A stretch of DNA of 64,000 bases from Phoronis australis (lineage: Eukaryota; Animalia; Phoronida). Shown one piece after another: positions 50,790-60,500 of the stretch; positions within the stretch are counted from its first letter, which is position 1, and every line of letters starts with the position of its first letter. The notes beneath the pieces were generated by a model. The model saw nothing but the letters and a program-made list of their open reading frames with translations. It did no database searches and was not told the DNA's origin. Made by a program: the position numbers and the translations under genes. The stretch spans positions 1,431,214 through 1,495,213 of the forward strand of contig NMRA01000035.1 in the NCBI GenBank assembly GCA_002633005.1, given 5' to 3'.

Positions 50790-53519
50790 GTTGTTTTTTT
50801 GTTTTTCTAGTTACATTCACTAGATAATTTACTCTAATGTTTGGATAATTCAGTTACCAGTGTGCAATTTAGTACTTTTTTGTAAGATATTTCTTGCTAG
50901 ACATTTTGAAATTTGCCTAAATTGTATTCAGTAAAATTATTAGCAATTGATTTGATAGGAGTGTTAGGTTTAAGTCGTGAAGATTTCAATGTGTTCTTTC
51001 AAGTTACTTTTAATGTGCTTTACACTTAATCCACTCTCAGAAAGACTCAAATTGACTAACTTTTGATCTGAGGCTTTTAAGAAATGTTTGATTAATTGGA
51101 CTCTTTAGAGGTATACTTATACTTGCAAAATTTGCTATTTACTTGACTGCACCAGCTGATTTCTTGTATTCACTTTCCTTGCTTTAAACGCATGATGATT
51201 TCCACCAATCCCAGTTCTGTCACCTGCTAATGCATCACTGGCGTCAGTTAAAGGCAGGAGTTGACTGAAAACTCATACTCCCTATGGACATTATGATCCT
51301 TTATGGGTGTTTTTTTCTCAAAGTGCAATTTGCTAAAACCGTAGGTCACTGTTGCCCGTTTAGCAGACTTGAAAGGACTTTTCAAAGTTTCCTACGAACT
51401 TTTGAGGGTTGTCGCGGGTTACAGAGGATTATTTCGCTTCAGAGACCTGAATGGGAGTCTTTTTTAGTATCTGTTAATAGGTCAAAAGTGGATTTGGTAT
51501 CCTTTTATCTCAAAAAATCAGCAGTTTTAGTGTTCAATAACCATGTGGACATTAGCTGTACCCAATTCACTCTACCTGTTCAGCTGGGTCAACCAACTAA
51601 GACACCAAAATTAGTCATAGATAACCTATCACGTCTTCAATGGAGTGAGTCAAGTGCAACCATTGAATTCACTCGAAGAAAATAACTGCAAGAGCAAGAT
51701 GCCGAAAACTGGCGTAAGGATGCTTAACTATTGTGGAATTCGTAGTTATGGGGCATTATTTGTTGTATGACTGAAATGAAGGGCGGTCTCTTAACCATTT
51801 AAATCGGCTTAAAATACTCTGTCATTGACTGGTATTGAAGGTTTAATTCCATGCTAGGCTGATCAAAGACCACCTCTTTTCTCACGGACAGTGTTCCATT
51901 AATAAGTGAAACACTGATCAAAGCCTAAAGATGTCTCTTAAGATAACCAAAGGTTTGCATCTTTATAAAAAAATAATTGCAGGCGGTCTAGTACCCGTTG
52001 TTCTAGAGTTCGCAGGCTGCTTGATTTTCCCATTGCACTGATCACCTGGAACAGTTTCATGCTTTATTAATGTATAGATAAAACCGAGCTGAGGAGCTAG
52101 AGACCTTACTGAGTGGTCTAGCAGTGTGCCCCAGTGGGAGTCGAACCCACGACCTCGACTAAAGAAGCAGACACTTATATCCTCTAGACCACACTGCCTC
52201 CTCTTTAGTAAAGAAAACTATGAAATCATCATTTCAAAATTTCTCCCATTGTTACAGGTGAAGACATCTTGGATATCTGGTTTGACAGTGGCACATCCTG
52301 GGCGTCTGTTCTCAAGGAGAGGAACTTTCAGGCAGATCTTTACCTGGAAGGTGTTGATCAACTGGGAGGGTGGTTCCAGTCATCGCTTCTCACATGTGCT
52401 GCTGTCAACGGGACATCACCGTATAGATCGCTGTTGCTGCATGGTTTCACAGTGGATGAAAAGAAAAAGAAGATGTCCAAATCAAAGGGAAATGTGGTTA
52501 GACCTAGTGATGTGATTATTGGTAAAAAGGGGGCACCGGGTGTTGGTGTGGATGTGCTTCGATGGTGGGCAGCCTCTGCCACGAAGGCCACTGCCGCTAA
52601 CAGTGAAATTGGGCCGACAGTGCTACAAAAGATGAGCTCCCAGTTGTACAAGGTGAAAAAGGTGTGTCGTTACCTGCTCGGCAATCTCAATGATTTCAAG
52701 GCAGACGAAGACATGGTGGTGTACAGTGACCTCTTGCCTCAGGACAAGTACATGTTACACTTACTGAGGGAGTTCCAGGAAAGGGTTACCCTCGCTTTCG
52801 ACGAATACAGATATAGCAGAGTACTTCAACTTGTAGAGAACTTCCTGAATAACTCGGTCTCAAATTTCTATTGCAACATTATAAAGGACCGGCTCTACTG
52901 CGATGAAAAGGAAGGCTTGTACAGAAGGTCTTCTCAAACGATAATTTATCAGATTATTGATACAATTGCTAGAGCATTGGGTCCTATAACTCCCCACATG
53001 GCTGAAGAAATCATGATACACCATCCTAGTTACGGTGCTCAGGGGCAAAGCCTGGAAGACTGTAGTGTTTTCCGCACTGGGTGGTTTAAAAGTCACCAAG
53101 ACTGGAATAATGATTCAGTAAAATCTCTTATTGAAGCTGTATTAGATATACGAAAGGAAATCTATAATTTAAGCAAAGCCTCCGATCCTTCGCTTTATGA
53201 CATTTCCATTCTTTGTGAGACCGAATTGTTCTGGCAGCTGGACTGTTTGCAAACTGATTCTCCAATGACATCTCCCCTTACTGAAATCTTTCAGTCTGCA
53301 CAGACTCATGTCTTGAGAAAGGGAGAAGATGTTTCATCTCATGGTGGCTTAGTCGGCGAAGGTGTTGTGGCCTTGCTAAGCAAGCAGCACCTGTATACTT
53401 TTACTGTAACTGACGCAGTTCTATTCAAGTGTGAACGGTGTAGGCGCCATATTGCTGAGCAGTCAAACTCACCTTGCGACAGGTGCATGGAGGTATTAGG
53501 AGTTCAATGGGCCTCTTAA
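49130..53519 (+). CDS. IARS2: Isoleucine--tRNA ligase, mitochondrial (bacterial-type IleRS), 2 coding exons, 973 aa
   Basis: Exons 49130-50789 and 52258-53519. Motifs PYANGEPHVGH (HIGH), GWDCHGLP, WTTTPWTLP and GTGLVH (editing), WCISRQRVWGVPIP, DIWFDSG, KMSKS, C-terminal CERC..CDRC zinc finger; basic N-terminal presequence. Confidence 0.97.
51970..52198 (-). mobile_element. tRNA-derived SINE-like element in the IARS2 intron
   Basis: A box TGGTCTAGAGG (52191-81) and B box GGTTCGACTCC (52147-37) with T-stem GTGGG/CCCAC; no acceptor or anticodon stem; 3' limit approximate. Confidence 0.7.
52258..53519 (+). CDS. IARS2: IARS2 coding exon 2
   Basis: ttacag|GT GAA GAC ATC gives ..YVKGEDILDIWFDSG; TAA at 53517-19. 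Confidence 0.95.
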
Positions 53520-53587
53520 AGGGACATTAAATCCTGCTCTTCGTCCTTAACTGACTTTATCACCTGACATTGCAGACACTACTTCTG

Positions 53588-53593
53588 AATAAA
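53588..53593 (+). terminator. Likely IARS2 polyadenylation signal
   Basis: AATAAA ~70 nt after the stop codon. Confidence 0.6.
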
Positions 53594-53811
53594 AAAACTT
53601 CCTTACTGTGTCACAAAGCAGATCCAGTTTTTCCAGGTGAGCAGTGTTTCTGCAGGAACCTTTAATTAAATTACCCAAGCAGTTTCAGGTGACATTTTGA
53701 GGTCTTTTCAAGCTTGCTCCGAGTTTCTGAAGGTCAACAAGAATATTAGCAAGTCTGTTGCACAATCTCAGCACAACATCCGCCCATCTGGCTTCCTGGG
53801 TTGTATCTCTA

Positions 53812-54141
53812 CATAGGCGGATTTAGGGAGGGGGGCCTGGCCCCCCCCCATTGGCTGCCGCAAAAAATAAAACAGCAAGTTAGAGCGTAGGGAAATGTTG
53901 AGTTTATTAATTAACCTCGGTAATTAAAATTATACGAATGAAACAAGATTTAAATGTGTGCAGTNNNNNNNNNNNNNNNNNNNNNNNNNNNNNNNNNNNN
54001 NNNNNNNNNNNNNNNGGGGGGCAAACTCCCCTCCCGACCTCCCCCCATTCGGTGCTGTGCGCATCTACAATTGTGGTTTATTCCAATGCCTACAGACAAA
54101 ATGTTGCCCCCCCCCCTTGTGATATCATAGATCCGCCACTG
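53812..54141. mobile_element. CAGTGGCGGATC-type MITE with 5-bp TSD (spans N gap)
   Basis: CATAGGCGGATTTAGGG / TAGATCCGCCACTG; CTCTA on both flanks. Confidence 0.7.
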
Positions 54142-54709
54142 CTCTACAAGATGGATTCACTAACTGCTGCTCCTCCTAATGACAATTATTAAACGTGATG
54201 TTCGAATGAGTCGAAGTTTAGTAGCGTACCCTTGTGGCAACTTATGTTGTCTTCTGTAGGCATGTTCCTTGACGGATTTTCATGACACTTGACAAAAGGA
54301 TTTATGCTATGAGCTGATATATAATTTAAAAACAGAAAATTTACTTCTGTTAATGCTATCTGTCTATATATTTTTGCTTGCCTTAAATTTTTCTTCTTGA
54401 ATTTAAAAATCCAGTGAAATAATAGGCTTTGCCAAAGCTGTGCTTTACACTGATGTACGAATGACTATGTGTAGGTTTCCAAGTGTGTTTAGACGATCTA
54501 TGCTGCAAAAATGGGGCCCTCGCACAACAATATCCTGGCCGGAGCCCTGATTTTGATGCAGCCCCAAACGCAGTCAAGTGCCCCTGAACTGCACCCTTTT
54601 CAAAGTATACCGTCAAAATATAACCCTGATAAAATCAACTTTCCTCAAACTATACCACGATAAAATGAATCTTGACCTGACGCATATAGGTACTAGCTAA
54701 GCTTCTTAT

Positions 54710-54823
54710 CTCAAGTGAATCACAGCGGAGCTGATAGCGGTTGGCGTAGGTAGTTCACCCAATTCGTATTTTCACACATTATGTTGGCGTGAGCTGTCAG
54801 CTCCTAGCTGTAGTTCACTTTAG
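54710..54823. repeat. Short inverted-repeat element
   Basis: AAGTGAATCACAGCGGAGCTGATAGC vs GCTGTCAGCTCCTAGCTGTAGTTCACTT. Confidence 0.55.
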
Positions 54824-57331
54824 GCGGACATCCGAGCACTGACCCTAATGCCTCGTTCTCACTATTTGTTGAAACGTGACTAGATTAAGTCAATTTCTGG
54901 TGACTGCCTCCTCGGGCTTTGCCCCCACTAATGGCGGGCGTTGGGGTTCGGTACGATCTGTCAGCTGCTCGTTACTCCGTCAATTTTCCTCCCTCAATGC
55001 ATCTGAATAGCAGGTAGATGATACCGCCCAATTTTGCTGAATCATTTACACGGGTACAAAAATTTGTAAACTAAACCAAAAGATTTGACATGACCCCCAG
55101 TTGAGGTTCTTAATAATTTTACAAAGATTGTCTCCGCTCAACAATGGGCAATGAATTTCTTGATTCCTTTATTGTTCTGGCAAAACAAAACACTTCCAGT
55201 GGCTGATACCATGGTAAAAAATTAACAGTTACGTATCACTGATTTTGAATCAGTCTGTTATTTTTAGTCACAAGTATACAAATATTTACAGTTTTCCGAA
55301 ACCGAAACTGAACGGTTCAGAGAAAAATGGTTTAGTCACGTTACGCTGTGGTAGTTATGCTTAAAGGCTTATTTAACGGCATACCTCGCTATTTTAGTAT
55401 CTCTTAGATAAATATGTCCCTGTTGTATCGTCGGGGCTATTTGTGCATCTCTTGAAATTTGTATAAACTGTTTTACTGATAATCTGCGACACTGAGCTAG
55501 ACGTATACCCTTGGGCGTTTTGCCTCCAAAGGGGCAAACGCCCTAACTTGGTTTCAAAAACCTCGCTAATTTAAGGCGGTGGGCAATGTTTGTGCAAATC
55601 AGTTCCTGGTAATTAAATAAGATACTAGTAAAGAGTGATTACTCACTAGTTTCTGTTTTGAAAGTTCAATGGGAAACGAAACTACGGATGTTCTCGATTA
55701 GCTAGGGCACCTTGCCCTACGTACGCTACCGGTACTCGAAGTTTTGTGGTGAGAGTACTGTGGTCGCTAATTGTATGTTGTGGCGAGTTTCGCTAATTTT
55801 GCCATTTTGACCCCTAACATTTCCTTGCTATGCTTTACCCCTCAGGCATACACAGGTAGCTGGCTGACTCAGGTAAATGATTAACTTTCTATTAACTCAT
55901 ACACCACGAAAGAGTTTTACGCGCGTTTTAACAGACGCTTTAAACTCCCACGCGTTGTGTTTTACTTGTGTCTCGCTGTTTGTCTTTATTGATAACCGTG
56001 GTAAGTAGATTAACTTTGCCTTACGTTTATTTTCGCTAACCTTCACAAGCTGTTTGTAGGTTCAGCTTACAGACCTGTGTTTTTTGAATAAGCTTGCCAG
56101 CTAGGTACAAGGGAGCCAGCTGGTTACCGTGACTGCGCGTCAAATACAGTACTCAGCTCAAACTATTCAAGATTGGTTTACTGACTGGGAATCCGTATGA
56201 AAAATGGGAGATTCGTGATTGGGCTTCAGAAACAACACTTATTTTATTAAACTGCATGCCAATCTCCAGAACGTCTGACCGTCATTCGTCGCATGCCTTG
56301 TCCACTACAGCCATGTAAAAAGTCAATTGCTTGCGTCGCCTTACAACAAAAAAGATATTTTTAGTCGATTTGAAAACACTACGCTCGCGACAAGCGCACG
56401 AGCAGTTTTGTTTTGATTAAAAGATACGACTTCTATCAGAGATGATAAAAACCAAACATTTCATACAAAAGAAACGGAATTTTCCAAACGTTCAGCTTCG
56501 GGTATTCAGCACAGTATGTAAATCCGCCTGGCGGCCATTTTTCATTATTTTGGTTTACGATATAACTTTGCTGTCTCTGCAATAATTTTTCATTTTTTCC
56601 TTTGGACAGATCATTTTACCGCCTATTTGAAATGTGCTATTTTTTCTCTGTCTCTAGTTATCGAGATTTTCCGTTGACTGCTCTCCAATAAATTGAGGTT
56701 TTTCCGTATATTCGGCATCCCTTGACGTCTGATGATTATATTGTGGACAGATCGCTTAAAGCGCTATCAACTCGTTTTTTTGCGGCGACTTACCGTNCTC
56801 TAGCGATCCTGTGAACGAAACTTGTCAAATTTCGTATTTCCTGTAAATCGATCTCCTCACGGGCTCCATCGAAGGATATTTTGATTTTTAACTTTATCTC
56901 ATTTTTTCGAGTAAGGGTGACATAATTTTTTGATGAATTCATTTTAATTTAATCAATGTTTTATTGCCACGAAGCCATCGCTAATGAGGTAGTTGTTCTA
57001 CTACATAAGGCAGGATCATAGATCAGATCGATTCCTTGATGAGCAAGACACTTAGCGACAATAGGAACCGTAAATGAATTGACCAAAGCGCGACGAGTTT
57101 CTGATGCCCACTAAGTGGTGGCGCTGTGGCACGACTTGCATAAGATTATGAACTCTGTCTCGGGCAAGCTATTATCGTCTGATATCTACTTCCAACAGGA
57201 TCCGCGAGAGTAACAAATCGGAGCTCGAGTTCAGTGGTACAGTGAAAGAATATTAGCCTCAGTTCACGTCTGTTGCTCTGCCTGAGATCAGCGCTGTAGT
57301 TTCATCCATACCTGCAAACTTCCAAGAAGCA

Positions 57332-57585
57332 ATGGGCAGTAAGGGGGGTGAACAAGTCGACGTCAAGCGTATTGAAGGGATTGTCCAAGCCATCATGAAG
57401 GGGCGTGACGTTCCCGGTCTCGGACTGGCCATAGTCAAAGACAAGAAGACTATCTTGAAACGTGGTTACGGCTTGGCGGACATTGAAAATAAAGTCAAAG
57501 TGACTGATGATTCATTGTTTCCTATTGCTTCCATGTCAAAGCAGATGTCTGCAACCCTTCTTGCTATTTTGATGACTGAAAAAGG
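57332..57585 (+). CDS. Beta-lactamase-family coding exon with SxxK motif
   Basis: GCAATGG start with an upstream in-frame TAG at 57254; phase-2 donor gtgagc. Confidence 0.88.
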
Positions 57586-60500
57586 GTGAGCATTTTTTGT
57601 CTAACTGGACGTGAGTACTGATGTTTTGCAATTCATACACTATCAGCTTGGCGGGAATTGTTACCAAACCACCACAATACTCAGAGACTAAAAAACGGTG
57701 CTAAATTATCTTTATAACCTCAAACGCGAGAGTTGAGTTCATAATCTATGCCGTTGGCGAACAAAAATGTTCATTTACGCACTGTTGTTTAACTCGGGCT
57801 TAAAAATTTGAATTGCAGTCGCGACAATGCCCTTTACATTCAGTTTCTGACAAAGCGGGACAATACGTTACAGCCGATCAATACTAACATATAGTTGGTT
57901 CTGGTTTTAGACCAAATCAATAAAAAGCGTCTGGACTCTCAGTGTGTATTATACAGTGATGTAAATATGACATGTAGCTAAATATACTAACGTTTGTTAT
58001 GTTACCACTAGGGTCAAGCATATTGTGCGTGATGTACATATCCCAACCGTGGATTTATGTGTTTGGCTTGCAATTAACCGTATTGCTAGTCGCCTCGAAC
58101 GAGCTGAAGTAGCAGACTAAGTCACACTCATCAAAATGCCACCCAAAAATGTACGGAAAAAGACGAATTTTTTAACGTGTCCCAAAGGTCTTCTCAATTG
58201 GCCCAGGCATTTGAGGCCCTGTCGGTCAGTTGATTCATGCATGGCCACGCTTTTGTAAAATCATACCAGACGGCCATGAAAGCTGTTCTGTCGCAACTGC
58301 ACTGAGCTGTCGTAAGAGTCTAGCTGGCATTTGAAGGACAACCGTTGCAACCAACACGCAATTGAGTGGGTGCTGGCACGGTTAATTTTGGGAGTCCCGC
58401 GGCATGAGATGGTCCTGATCTCCCACAAAAATTATCGACGGTCGAGGCGACTGGAGGGACAAAATCGCTTTCCTCATTCAGGGGAGTCACCAGGTGGTCC
58501 AAACACGATCTGTATATTTTCCGACATTTAAAAATTCCCGTGCATGTTTTTTCTCTACAACTTGAGTGTAGTGTTGGATTTTTAGCCGGGCATCCGATTT
58601 TCATGATTGTTTCATGGTGACAAAAGGGTATTCAAGCCGAACAGATAAAAAGCAGTTTTAGTCCGGCGGCCTCTCTGGTGTGCATGTATTTTCTTTGAAA
58701 CTGTCGTCTCAACCCACCATTACAGGTCAAGTCCCACTCGGTCACGGGGTTCATGTATTGTCGTTGTATTATTATATGTTAACCCATACCCCACTGTAAT
58801 GGGTACTTATCAAGACAGCAATAGTAGTGTAGTCCACTACGTCTGCCAGAATTTGAATCACGCCACATAAATAAAAAGGCCAAGTGGCAACATTTCTACT
58901 GTACATGTCTTAGTAATCGACCTGTTCTCGGAATTTCCTGACGTCATCTTGCATATTGACTCAGACTTCCCGATTCCTTGACGAAACTCAACGTTGCCGG
59001 TTCTGATGTTTATCTTTAGAACATTCCCGGTTCTGAGACGAGGAAAACGTTGCTGTGCTGAGTTAGACCGTTTATTTTAAGAATATCTATTACTGGTTTT
59101 GTAAAATAGGTTTGCATGCTTAGATGTCATAGTTTTTACAATGACCCAATGAGAAACTGGGTTGAATTTGACATTGTTTATGCCTTTGGCTGAACCAAGG
59201 CATTGTGGATAATGTTGACTACAATTTGCCTTGCTCTCTGTTGGTGACTTGGCGATAATTTCCACCACATCGGTGATCGTGAACAGACTGTTTGTAGGAA
59301 TCTAATGGAGTCCACACGGAAATAGAACAAAGATGGGTAATTACCATCACTAACGAGAAACTGAAATTAGGACTGGTCTTGTAGGTCTTTGACTGAAACA
59401 CAGTTATTGTATTGAACCACAACTATAATTTTGTACTATAGTCTATAGTACAAGTGGCAATTTTAGCAAATTGTGACAATTTGGGCCTGCACAGTGCACG
59501 ACTGAAGGAAGGGATTTGGCCGCTTGAGGTGGAGACGGCGCGGTTTCGAGGAGGCCCTATTTGTGAAAGAGTACGTGAACTGGCGGTAAAGTTGAAGACG
59601 GCCATCGTTTTGCTTTTTTTCTGATTTAAGGTCAGATTTCTGTGAGAAACCCCTCTAATTCGTATCTGGTGAAAATAATTTTGAAATATTTGATAATTTC
59701 ATTCGTCAAGGTTTAAAATAAGAGAACTTTTAGTGCACAATTAGTCTTGTGTAGGTCCTTGGCTGCTGTTGCATTGAAGGATACTATAGTGTATACCCAA
59801 GTGTCGCTGGAGCTGCCAGTTTTCATTATGGTACACTTAAACAAAATTCATTTCGCTGTAAACCATACACCTATGTCACTATAAAAATACATGAACTCCA
59901 CTTCGGAAATAACTCTTCGTATTGGAAATTTCTGAATATAAAAAGGGCGGATATTCGGAATACGACCTTTCAAAAACGTCAAATATATCCGAATATACGC
60001 TCGGGCGTATTTTTATGTGTCCGCATATTTATATGGGGACGCATTATGCCGTCATCTCCGTCCGTCCGGCCGTCCGGCGTCCGCTGCTCTATCTCCAAAA
60101 CCCGCCCTTTGACATACGTTCATGAAATTTGGCATATATGTTCCATTCATTAATGGGACGGCATGAGCAAACTTTCGGACGGATCCGACTACCGGTGTGC
60201 CCCCTAGTGGCAATTTTAGTTTTTTACGCTTACCTTTGCGTCTTCAAAATTCCTGAACGGATTTTTATGAAATTTGGTATGTAGGCACCTATTAGTGAGA
60301 TGACGCTATCCTCCCGTTTTCGGATGGATTCGACGTAGTTTGCGCCACCTAGTGGCCATTTTTACCGTTTTGGAGTCTGTTGTTTGCGTCCACCCCTCAA
60401 AGGATGATTGTGAAAATTGATCTGTATGTGCTTACTATGAAGAAGACGGTTGACGATGATTTTCCCACGATTTCGACTGCTGTGGCGCCTCCTAGTGGCA

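Noticed and set aside
51192-51268. Box C/D snoRNA (ATGATGA..CTGA) in the IARS2 intron
   Set aside because: No terminal stem or recognisable rRNA guide; the boxes are expected by chance.
51497-51506. U12-like donor GTATCCTTTT inside the IARS2 intron (another at 7310 on the + strand)
   Set aside because: No CCTTAAC branch site near the IARS2 acceptor and no supporting exon.
52125-52198. Functional tRNA gene
   Set aside because: Acceptor and anticodon stems do not form; treated as a SINE head.
47715-54141. Composite transposon carrying IARS2
   Set aside because: Each MITE has its own distinct TSD, so they are independent insertions.
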